DNA from: Phoronis australis
Taxonomy: Eukaryota > Animalia > Phoronida
NCBI GenBank assembly: GCA_002633005.1
Contig: NMRA01000529.1
Span: forward strand, 1 to 64,000
DNA: 64,000 bases
Direction of reading: 5' to 3'
The notes under the pieces were generated by a model, which was not told where the DNA came from, made no database searches, and saw only the letters and a list, made by a program, of their open reading frames with translations. A program made the translations under genes and the position numbers. Shown here piece by piece: positions 41,682-53,500 of this stretch. Within the stretch, counting starts at the first letter, position 1; every line of letters begins with the position of its first letter.

Positions 41682-44066
41682 ATGTCCAAACTTTCGCCAG
41701 AAACGGAACAAAGAATAGACGATTCCAAAGTTCAGGTTTGTTTTAAACGTAACCCTGTTCACAGAATTGTAGATGACGGTTGGTCAGAAAGGACTCAGGA
41801 CGTTGCACGTCTCCAAATCCCAGTGACTGTCACCGGGTCACTCACCGCGACTGTTTTACGGTGTCGTCGACGTCACCTGTACCTGTAGGTATTAAAGACT
41901 GAAACCGAAACATGCAAGAATAGCACCGGTAGTGTGATTTATTTTGGGAAGACCGTAATGATCTAGTAACATCAAAAAATGTCCGATGATTGTAGAAATT
42001 TAACCTATGGTCATCCAGCGGCTGTCCCTTAACTTAAGACTGGTGCCGACTTTCACTTCAAACAATTCTGCTTTGCCAGCTCTGGTCATTTCGAGAACCA
42101 GGCAACAGCGAAGTATACTGCCTCAACGCTCAAGTAAATTCAGAATAACTTTGTCAATGTCTTTTTTTTGCAATAAGTTATGCATTCAAATCCATTATCA
42201 GTGCAAATTAATTGGCCAGTAGGTGATCAAAATCGTCTGTCAATGATATGTTTTCCTAGGACTAATATCAGCTCAATTAAGGCAACATTTTTGGTCAGGT
42301 GTCTTCAGGCTGTAATTTGCTTAAATAAAAACCAACAATCGCCAGAACTACATACATGTATTAATTAAGTGCCAGTTTTGGCAGGGTATCCATATTTAAT
42401 CTATTATTCTACAGGTAACATTTCGATATTATTGTTTAATATTGTAATTCTTATTTCTTCAACTGACCAATAGGTTGAGCTTTACCAGTAGGCCTATGTA
42501 AGGATCGTCACCTGAATGGCTTCATTGTGCTCAAAAGCGATGTTATGACCAAGTACATTCCAGCCATACAGCTGTATGGAAACAAGCTTACAAATATAGT
42601 TTTGCACCAACATTACAGCGTTTTCCCGTTGCTCCCAACTTGTTGATTCTATAGGCTAACAACAAGTTGGGAAGATGACCCTTGTAGCCAATATCTTACA
42701 TGACTGATTACCTCTATTCTAGCATTTATGGTTGGAGGGCCAGCTCTCTTTTGTTCGATAATTGCTCTAATCTCCAAAAAGATTGTTTCTAGGCTGACTG
42801 GGCTGTGCGATTAAAAATAGAAGTTAAGTTATAAGTACGATTAGGTTAATCGTTACGTATTTGAACATAAAGCAATAGCATTTCTGAAATCCCCGTCAAA
42901 TGGTGATCATGTTTACAGTTTTTGAATCGCCAAAATTGCCCAACTACAGCCGAAGCTATGACAATCTATTCTTTCCAAAGGTGGTCTTTAATAAGCCTGG
43001 TAGATAATTGGCCTGGCTGTTGTCATAACAGACAAAAGACTGTGCTTGCATGGCTGTTAACAAAGGAGCTAGATGTTATCACAAGCTCACAATCCTCTAC
43101 GTCTGGTAAAGTCACTGAAAGGGAAAACGCCGTCATGATGTTATGATTAGGACTTGGGTTGAGAGAAACTCGATCGGATTATGAGGTGCGAAATAAATAA
43201 ATCTGGCTTTTAAATTGCTGGTCTCTACTTGCCTAGAGCATTGTCTCTTAGCAATAATATGTGTGTCAGTTCTACCAAGCCCAAAATTGCTTCCTTAACT
43301 GAACATTGAATGACCGGTTGCAGCGGTGGACCTAGGATACCTTAAGGGGGGACCTGACACTTTGTTTCGGGCAATCGCATAAAGCATGACTGTATGCACG
43401 CAAGCAACCTGAAATGAAGGACGCTTGGACTCCTGAGAATGTGGACTTTTTGCTGTGATACATCCACATGGGGACATGCTTCCTACTTTCATTACCAGGG
43501 TTAATTAATAAACTCAATACTTCCTCACGCTCTTGCTGTCACTTCCTGTTTTATTATTTGGCGGTAGCCAAGGGGGAGGGGGACCCCTGGGCCCCCCCCC
43601 CCTAATTCCGCCTATGGGTTGAAACAATTGTATAACTTAGTGGGCCTAAGTGGTTCACCCGCAGATCTAGGATGTCACATGTTAGGGTGGGCCAATCACA
43701 GATCTTTGATATATGAATGTTCTGGTAAGCCTGCAAACACGTTTATCATATCTGTGGGGAGACCCCATGAATTGTGCTCCCTTCACTTAAGTTAGATTGA
43801 TAGTTATTTTTGACCAAGAGCAAGTAATTAGCAATTAGTAATCATTCCTCCATGACCTGATTCATTAGAGCAGCTGATGAACTGTTATGATCACTTGACA
43901 ACGTGAAGTATTTCTTATAGGTACTGGAAGAAAAAAGATACATTCTGTGCAAATACCTGAATGCACTAAGACACCTGATCTATCTGAGGACGGCCAACAT
44001 TCTTTCAAATGAGGATTGCGAGGAGATCAAATCTCAGCCAACTCAGGAAACTAAAAATAACAAACT
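41682..44066 (+). CDS. BCL10: BCL10-like CARD adaptor: exon 1 41682-41735, exon 2 43921-(gap at 44067)
   Basis: Spliced translation MSKLSPETEQRIDDSKVQ|VLEEKRYILCKYLNALRHLIYLRTANILSNEDCEEIKSQPTQETKNNKL aligns with the BCL10 CARD pattern (KKDALENLRVYLCEKIIAERHFDHLRAKKILSREDTEEISCR). Donor CAG|GTTTGT and acceptor tttcttatag, phase 0. The rest of the CARD lies in the N-gap. Confidence 0.8.
43321..43616. mobile_element. MITE in BCL10-like intron 1
   Basis: Degenerate ends CAGCGGTGGACCTAGG / CCTAATTCCGCCTATG with G/C runs; GGTTG on both sides. Confidence 0.45.
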
Positions 44067-45391
44067 NNNNNNNNNNNNNNNNNNNNNNNNNNNNNNNNNN
44101 NNNNNNNNNNNNNNNNNNNNNNNNNNNNNNNNNNNNNNNNNNNNNNNNNNNNNNNNNNNNNNNNNNNNNNNNNNNNNNNNNNNNNNNNNNNNNNNNNNNN
44201 NNNNNNNNNNNNNNNNNNNNNNNNNNNNNNNNNNNNNNNNTTGTGGTTAGTCTTCAGTATCAGATTCCTATTTATCTTATCAGCAGGTATGTCCTGCTTA
44301 ACAACAGCTCCGGAAAATACTTGCACAGAGACTCCGGACATGCTGCTCTCCACAGCTTCCTAAACTCTGTTTAACTTGACTGAATCGACACACCATGAAA
44401 ATCTGTGCCAAGAAAGCTTTGTATCTTGTACTGATACGGCATTTCGAGGAACATGGAAATATTGATGTTGTGTAATAATTCTACCTCTTTTTTGTAGCTG
44501 GACATCAATTTGTTGTTTAAGCTTCGGTCCTTCCAGAATTTACCAAATGGTATTAATTAAAGGGTAGCCACTTACTCTTAATCACAAGCCGATTGTGTTT
44601 TCTCACTAATGTTTTTTCTCATGACCATAAAAATCTGACACTTTCTCATGGCCACAATTCTTTCCTTACACACATATTTCTTTTCTGATGAACCACATCT
44701 AAAGGCACATGTATGTGCTTGATACGACGTATCAAAACTGCCTGTCAATTACCCAGTGTGTGACTGCTGCTTTATGAGAACAGAACTGTGTTCACAAAGA
44801 CGACATTTTGTAAGAGGATATTTCACGAGAGAAGAACACTGTTGATAATCAGCCATAAGACTATGAGTAGACCTACATTAAAGTATTTTGGTTAAACCCT
44901 CATAGGATTTTGGCCCGCGGGTCTAATTTTTCTGCCTCTAGTTGAACTAAGATTTATTTTAGCATTTTCTATAATTCTACTTTTTGTGCGAACTCGAGAT
45001 AAGTGTCTATTAAATTCTGGATTACTCTCTAATCTTTAATTTTTAATTGATCACCCCAGTTTAAAGGCTAAAAGTTTCAGTCTGAATTAAAAATTTCAAG
45101 CTTAGTTTTTATTTGAGTTTCTAACTCAAATTTCAGGGTTATCAAGTGCGAACTTGGACTAGACCATAATGCACTGGAGCACAGACTAATCACTGATCAC
45201 AAACATAGAAAATCTATTCTCAATAAAATGAGATTTCTCAAGTTTCAAATCAAGATCACATGACATGGTCATATGACATGGCCACAGGTGGCATGCTGAC
45301 CAGAGCAAGAAATTTTTGCAATACAAATGTCCACACTGGTTTAAGATTTATATGTTCAAGTGCAAGATACCCACTACTAAGTTGACCGGTG

Positions 45392-45465
45392 GTCCCGATG
45401 ACTCAGTGGACTACAGCGTCTGAACAGTTAGCAGAAGGTCCCTGGTTCGAGTACCAGTTGGGGCA
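45392..45465 (+). mobile_element. Degenerate tRNA-like sequence (SINE head or pseudo-tRNA)
   Basis: A box TGACTCAGTGG, B box GGTTCGAGTAC, and a pairable acceptor stem GTCCCGA/TTGGGGC; the anticodon arm is aberrant. A ~35-bp related segment lies on both sides (45281, 45506). Confidence 0.6.
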
Positions 45466-46257
45466 GAAATCTTTTCAGACTTTATTCCTTAAATCATGTC
45501 CTGTGGCCACCAGGTGGCATGCTAACCAGACATTGAAATGTTTCCAAGAGATTTTGTAATTGTGATTTTATTGCTTAGTGCTGTAATTATCATTGAAAAC
45601 CCCATGTTTTATGGGGCAAACGACATTTATCCAGGAGACATTTGAATGTCCCATGTCGGGTTTCTTCGATTGTGCCATAAAAATGGCACATGACATCAGT
45701 GTTGGGTATATTTGTGACATTGGCTTTTCATAATTGTATATTTCATGTGCAGCTCAAAATTGTTTTTTACTTGCAGTATGGCAAAAGTGATTTCTTAATT
45801 GATAAAATTTCTTTCATGCTCAGTCACATAAAACAGATACAGGGTTGATTTCGAAGATTACAATTTACATAGGAATGTGTCTGTTATATGCACAACATTA
45901 AATAAAACATTTGGCTTACTTACACATCATAATGGACAAAAGAAGGTTGAGTAGATACTACTGTTTTTTAAGGACAAACCACCTTTAGCATTTTGTGTTT
46001 GTACATAGCTACTATGCATTTTTCTATTACGTCAGGGTATATTTTAGTATTATGCAACTTTAAGGTATTTGTGAACGCTTTCACTTGTTTTTTACACTTA
46101 ACAACCATCCGATAAAGGTATTTATGTGAATCTATCTCAGTATGCATTGATCACTGTCAAATAAATTTTTTATAAACATTGGACACCTTTTCGTGATGAA
46201 AAATTAGTCATTTAATTTGTTGTGTCAAGTATGATATTCTCTTTCCACATGCTTCCA

Positions 46258-46508
46258 GCCTTCATTTCATTATACAGTGTACCTGGCCACCCTTCATTTC
46301 ATTATAAATGCTAACTTTGTTGTTACATTATACAGTGTACCTGGCCACCCTTCATTTCATTATGCTAAATTTGGTTTTACATTATACAGTGTACCTGGCC
46401 ACCCTTCATTTCATTATGCTAAATTTGGTTTTACATTATACAGTGTACCTGGCCACCCTTCATTTCATTATGCTAAATTTGTTTTTACATTATACAGTAT
46501 ACCTGGCC
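46258..46508. repeat. 54-bp unit x~4.5 containing a 3' splice-site-like sequence
   Basis: TACAGTGTACCTGGCCACCCTTCATTTCATTATGCTAAATTTGGTTTTACATTA in tandem. Confidence 0.92.
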
Positions 46509-46559
46509 CCGTCGGACACCATCCACAATGGTTCTCCATCACCAAGTGTGTTGGAGTGA
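46498..46559 (+). CDS. Candidate terminal exon of the BCL10-like gene (xYLAPSDTIHNGSPSPSVLE*)
   Basis: Branch-like TGCTAAAT, then a T-rich tract and TACAG acceptor at 46497. Short Ser/Pro-rich frame; AATAAA near 46677. Phase and linkage to exon 2 are unverified because of the gap. Confidence 0.4.
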
Positions 46560-47524
46560 ACCCTCACATCAATACCTAAAAAGACAACCTTGTCAATAAC
46601 CAGTTTAGTCTTTTGTCCATTTGAACAAGATACATCTGTTTATAAATAGAACTTGTATTTAGTACTCCAGTTTTCAAATAAAATGACCATTCACTTTAGT
46701 AATTGACAGAAGACAGATTCGAACATAATTAATATAAAATGAGAAATTTCCACCATTAGACTTAAAGAATACCCTGTAGATCTTTTGTCAAAGAAAATGT
46801 TCACCGTCCCCACAAGGGTGCAAATACCCTTGGGATGACATGCAAAGGGCTATAAAACAAACAGATTTTTGTCCTGCTTCCCCGACTGTGATGTCATTAC
46901 ACTGTGGAACCAATCACAGCAGGTGCTTCACATACATACAGAGTAACATATACATACAGGCAGCTATAAACATAATGTGAGACTATAAAACACGGTGGCA
47001 ACTTGTTCCACTTTTGGTGTTCAGATGGAAAATGGAGTACAAGCAGGTATAATTTTAGGAGTGCGCCCTGCATCACTGGTGCAAAAACAATTCCAGAGAC
47101 TTGTTGTGTCTGCTTAACTTGAACCAACAGGATTAATAAAAGTGAACGCCAATGAGGAAGTAAAACAAGATGGCCGAAAGGTTTTCCAAATTGCTCATAG
47201 ACTTGAGACCGTGTGTGTTAATTCAACTACGCCCATGTTTTTAGAAAATTATCCCTGTACAAGCTTTAATCTTTACACTCAATACATATACAAATCATTT
47301 CTTTGCAATCAAGACTTGATACAGTAATCTCCAGGACATTGTTCAAACCTTCATCAACACCACACACTAACAGTCGATAACAAATGATTCGTTCGAAACC
47401 AAAAAACCAACGGCCAGAAAGGCCTGCAAGCACATATGCGTCACCACTGTTCCTGACTAGCAGTAAAGTTCTATCTTGCCGCTCTACAAATAACGTCACA
47501 GAAATAACATGATAATGCTATAGG

Positions 47525-50500
47525 TTAGCTGAGAAGTTCCCTTTGCTTGGCTGCCATTAATGAGTCTGCCTCGTCTGAGTATTGTTGTGTAAGATAGTGG
47601 AGCTGAAATGAACAAACAGCAATATAGTGGCCACTTTACACATGTACACATGTATGAGTAAACAAGTACGTTAATAAACTTTATTGTTTTCATTGAAAAT
47701 AGGCAAAATTTTGAAGAAAAAATGTCAACTGGTTTTTCATTGATTTAAAATTAATCTAGTTTCATTTGTAAGTTTAAGGTTAAATAAACACTTGCGGAAC
47801 ACGTCCTACTTAATGTTATTAACTGATCTGGGAAATGTAAGGCTATAGTCGTGATAAACGGCCTAGAGGAACAACACTGCGGCGAGGATTCAACTATGAT
47901 CCCCAAATTTTCAGCCCATTTTTGTAGACTTGGCTTATTCACTGATGTGCTGCACGAATACATTGCAATTTACTTTCAACAACATCAAGAATTCAACGTA
48001 GTGTGCACTCATGGATATTTATGAGTGTACACTCTGTGCGCTCAAGGATATCTATCAATGCAATGAGGATAAAATAGCAGGAGGAAAAAAATGAATAATG
48101 AGTGTTTGCAGTAACTCAACAGACGTTCTCAAAATTGATTGAGAGCGTAAGTACAGTTTCATATTAAGCTCAAATCTGATACTTACATTGTCTTGGAGAG
48201 CGTGAAGTAGATCCTCAGAGTGCAGGCCTTTTTGTTTTTTAATATCTTTAGAAAACCTGTAAAAGCAAAATATGCACAGCACTATAAAATTTTTTTTACT
48301 TTAAACAACTTATTAAATTGACATAATTATGTAGTCAAGAATCCATTTTTAAGCTAATAAAAGCGGGGCCCTGCTACATTAATAGGGCTCACCTGAAGGC
48401 GACCAAAAGCGGGTTCCCTTAGAGGGGACCAGCTGAAGGTGACCAAAAAGCGGGTTCCCGTATATAAATATGGAAGGAACCAGCTGAAGGCGACCAAAAA
48501 GCTGAAACCCTTACAAATTAATGTAGAATTCTGAAAAACAAATAAAAACTAAAACTCAGAGAAACATTTCCAAGTGACATTATTGTCAGTGAGGTCTTAC
48601 CTATTATGTATATCCCTCAGTTTCACTTTCGTCTTGTCACACAGTGCCTTGGCAGACTTGGCCAACTCTTCTCTGTGATCCCGAGTAACTCTGTTGTAAT
48701 GTTAAAAATAATGCTTTACAATTCACACAGTATTAATGTAACAGCAAAATCCCCCCAATTTCGTAAAAAATAATTTGTAAGTCGCCCTTTTGTCATTTTT
48801 GAAGGGGTGTAAACAAAGTTGTGAATTGAATGGCCACAAATATTCCAAATATTCCAAACATTTTGTGGTGTTAGTTCTGGACAAGTTGTCAGCTCAATGG
48901 CATGCTTTGAGTTCCAGTCTTCTATTCGCGGTTTTCACCTGTACACAGAAATTTGGAATCTTGTAAAGGAAACTATGCGGGAAAGATTCAATTCCGTTGA
49001 CAAGTATGCTGTGCCTGTTCTCAAAGGACAGACCATAGTGTGGCACATTTCTCGTGAGATCAGCAGAACAGTTGCACTTTTTTTTGAAGCACGGCGGAAG
49101 TTTGAAGTTATGGCTATTTACCAACATAGCCGCAAAGCTGGTGTGGTGGCCAGGAAATTCTGTGCACAGTGATGATACATGAAGACATTTCTGTAGAATT
49201 TTAGGACATGTAGGTAAGTCAATTTTCGTCATGTACACGTTCATTGACTGGGCGCTTATTTCAGCAAAGTCTGAAAATGTGTGGGAGGTGCTTATAGGGG
49301 CATAGGTGCTTATAGGGGCATAGGTGCTTATTAGGGTAAATCCAAATTTGCTCTACGGAAATCCGTAACCAATAACTAACGACACATACAACTGTCAGTC
49401 GACGCTGTTTCACAAGAACACCTCTAGCCATTTCATCGCCTTGAATCAACAACTATCCATCAACTTACTTTGGTATGGGTACAAACAAAGACGTCCCATC
49501 TTGCTGCGGACTCACATTTAACCCAGAGGCTTCGATAGACTCCTTAATGGCTGTCATGTACTGTAAAAAGAACACTGTCAGTTACCTTGTAAAATCTTCA
49601 GCTAGTAGTGCGTTCATAAAATGCGGTCGATGTGCTGGTAACATTCATCAAGTGATGTGCCAACCAATACACATCAGTGACAAATCAAACAGTAGATCAT
49701 CTCTACGGTATGTAAAGTGATAAAGCAGGGTAAAACATGAAGACCATGATCAGTACACCATGACATCATCACTTTGTACAGTCACCTCACGTCATGTATG
49801 TATGCGCAAAGTATTTGCAAACTCCGAGTCCATAAACGCCAATCCGATAAATATAAAATTAATGCAAATTTCCACAACATTTATATGTTACTTAGCAACA
49901 ACCACACGACAGGATAATCACTGCATTGTACTATTTGCCAGAGGAAGTCATATTACACACGTGTGTCATTACGGTACACTAAAATGATCAAAGTGGCACC
50001 AGTAATGACTGTGACCATCCAAGGACGGAATCACACAAATTTAAAAGTTTGTCATTAAATTACTAGCTTGTTATTCAGTAAATGGGCGTGCTTGTTGTTC
50101 CAGGTAGTGAATGTATGGTATGGTTGAATGCAGTACAGAGTCATCAACCAAAGTTAAATGCTGCACTAAGTCTCTTGTGTCTTCAATATACAGCAGACAT
50201 GACTAGAGGACACAGAAATGTAAGGTTTGAGACACTGTCAACTGTTGTGCTGAATCTGCGTCTACATCTTGTATGTTCTATGTAACCTTAGTCAGTCAGT
50301 GTCTCTGTACAATATCAACCTCTATTATCAGATGTTTTGAGGCTGTGTCTATGTTTTGTATGTTCTACGTAACCTTAGCCAGTGAGTGTCCCTGTACAAT
50401 ATCAAACTCTATTACCTGTGTTGAGGTCATACTCAACAGCTGATGACCTTCCTAAGCCAGTGTCACTAAAAACTAAATAACCTGAGCCTCTGTAACCTGT

Positions 50501-53500
50501 TGTGTTGAGTCAATGATTAACAGATGCTTAACCTGAGCCTCTGTAACCTGTTGTGTTGAGTCTATGATTAACAGCTGCTTAACCTGAGCCAGTTGCTGTG
50601 TGACTAAAAACTACACTGTATCCAACACTTTACAGAGCCACCCACAAAAATGAAAGCGCTTCGAGGAGCGGAACTTGACGAAATTAAAAGAAAAGACGAC
50701 GATAGAGATGATGACGAAGATGATGGAAATGACGATGATGATGGCGATGATGAACAAAGCAAGTAATGATAACATTCACATGACAAATGAAGAGGTCAGA
50801 AATCAGTAAGACACTTGGCGAACTGAAAAGACGACGTTGGAGATGATGACGAAGATGACGAATAAGATGATGCCATGGTGGTGGCGATGATGAACAACAT
50901 CATAACATTCATGACAAATTTAGATGTCATAAATCAATAAGAAATAGGCTACAGTCTTGTTCAATAGAAGCTAAACCAACATCAATGTAGCAAGAGCGCT
51001 CAACAAAAAAGGAACAGCGCTACCAGAAAATCTCAAATAATTCGAAAAGTAGACAACCTAGCGAAAAATGGAAAACATCTTCTGAAAGCCCATTCAAAAC
51101 TATCTAGATTAATTGTATCGCAAAATTCCGTTAAGTTTTGGAAAAAAATGACATTTTGCATTTTTTTGAAATTCAAAGTCAAGTAACTCGAAAACGGTAA
51201 GTCTGAGAAAAAAATTGTTATAGTTCATTTGAAAGAGTATACCTAAGAGAATCCACATGCAAAAACTCACGTCATTTTCTCTTCCCGTTAAAAATGGCAC
51301 TCTAGCACGACTGAAAATGAGTCAACATGTGCCAGATCCGCCATCTTGGAATCAACTTCCGGTTTTTGGAAAATAGCCGGCGACAAAAAACTAGTACCTG
51401 AAAAATTTCAAAGCAATTGGAGATCCTTTAAAGTGCCCTCTACAGGACAAAACAATTTTTCCTGAAATCGAGGTGCGCATGCGCCATTGCCGATATTTCC
51501 GCCATTTTTGACCGGAAGAAAATGATTTCTAGAATATTCGGAGGAATTGGACTGTTTCATATTTGTGCCGAGTTTGAGCCCCATACGTCAAAAATTGCAG
51601 GTTGTATAAGCAGCTGAATCAGAAATCGGAAGCAAAATGGCCGCCATGTCCGCCATCTTGGATTCGATCATGACCAAAAACAATAGGCTTCCAGCAACAC
51701 GTTGTGTGTAAATTTCATGTGGAAAGGACGAAAATTGCAGCCTGTAGAGTGCGAACAAACAAACAAATTTGATGACAGAGCAACATACTTGGAGAAATTT
51801 ATTTCGCCAAGTAATGACCATATGAATACAAAATTCACTGGAATTCCCCTTCATGATGACTGAGTACAGGCAGAATTCCCTAGCATAAGAGTTGAGTGCA
51901 AGCCAAATTCATCATCAGAATGACCCTCATGAAGGGAAAACAGTCTTTTGTCCGATCACTTTCAACATGCTTTCTTTATGGTACCTTCATATCACTTAGT
52001 TAAACGGTATGAAGTTTTGACTGACTTTTGGCGTGTAGAGTTCCGCGTCATTTCTACGACTATAGACTAGGCACTGCACCTATAATATAGTTACCCAGTA
52101 TTACCTACGGTATAATTACCCAGTATTGCCTCCCTACTGTCCTCCACAAGTGTCCCAGTTTTATATGCTGATGACACTGCAATTATGTCCACAGCTGGAT
52201 CAGTAAAAGAACTCGAAACTTCTCTCAACAATGAGCTAGCCCTTATCCATGACTGGCTGACTCAAAATAAACTCACTCTTAACCTTAGGAAAACCAAGTC
52301 GATGCTGTTGGGAACCCACCAGAAATTAAAACAACAAAAACTGTACCTTTCTATCAACGGTTGAAAAGTTTAAGTACTTGGGCCATATTTTAGATCCCAA
52401 TCTTAAATTTAATATGAACATAGATCACATTACAAAGAAATTATCGGAGAAAATCGGTGTACTTGAACGTCTGTTCAAATTTCTTAATGTCAGTACTCTT
52501 AGCATTCTATTATTCAGCCTCGTATTGATTATTGTTTACTGGTTTGGGGGCACACTAGTGACACACTTGTCAGCAAAGTACAAGTAATCCAAAACAGAGC
52601 TGCCAGGGCTATCTTGGGTACTAGAATTAGGGACACCAAGGTCGATGACTTGTAATCCAACCTGGGATTTATGAAAGTAAAACAAAGAAATAAAAATTTC
52701 TGTGCCTGTTGTATGTACTGATGTATCAATGACTTTGCTCCAGCATATCTCGTCCAAAAATTCAATAGCAGTCAAGCTGTATATTCTACATGTTCTTCTG
52801 GAATAATTTCTCTTAAAAAATTAAAACCGAGATTGGCAAGAGATCTTTTATCTATGCCGCTGCTACAATATAGAATTCTATTAGTCCAGAGATTAAACGG
52901 TCCAATTCAATAAATACTTTAAACTTAATATCTTAATATTAAAAAGTGGCTGTAATTTACCTATTAACCTTTTTATACGCTACCTGTCTTAATCATGTCA
53001 TTTTTTTCACTGTCATACTCTCACTGTTTAGAGTAATTTCATCTCTCTTAAATTTTCTCCATTGTTTGTCATTTATTTATTGTCTTAATTCTCAACCTGA
53101 AATTAACTGTATCTTTTTCACGTATATTTAATTGTTGTTTTCATTACTTCATTGTATTGTTGTTGAGGGGCCTCTTGAAAAGCAGTGCTATCACTGAAGA
53201 GGTCACCCTCATTTTAAATATCACAATAAATAAATAAATAACCAGTATAACCAACTGCATGGTTTCCTAGCATTACCAATGGTGTAGTTACCCAGTATTA
53301 CCTAAAAGTATAGTTTCCCAGTATTGCCTACGGTATAGTTAACCAGTATTACCTATGGTTGAATTAGTACCCAGTATTACCTACAGTATAGTTACCCAGA
53401 ATGACCCATGCTACAGTTACCCAGTATTACCTATGGTATAGTTACCCAGTATTACCTATGGTATAGTTACCCAGTATTACCTACGGTATAGTTACCCAGT

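Noticed and set aside
45392-45465. Functional tRNA gene
   Set aside because: The anticodon arm and T-stem are irregular, and the flanking duplicated segments fit a SINE or pseudogene better.
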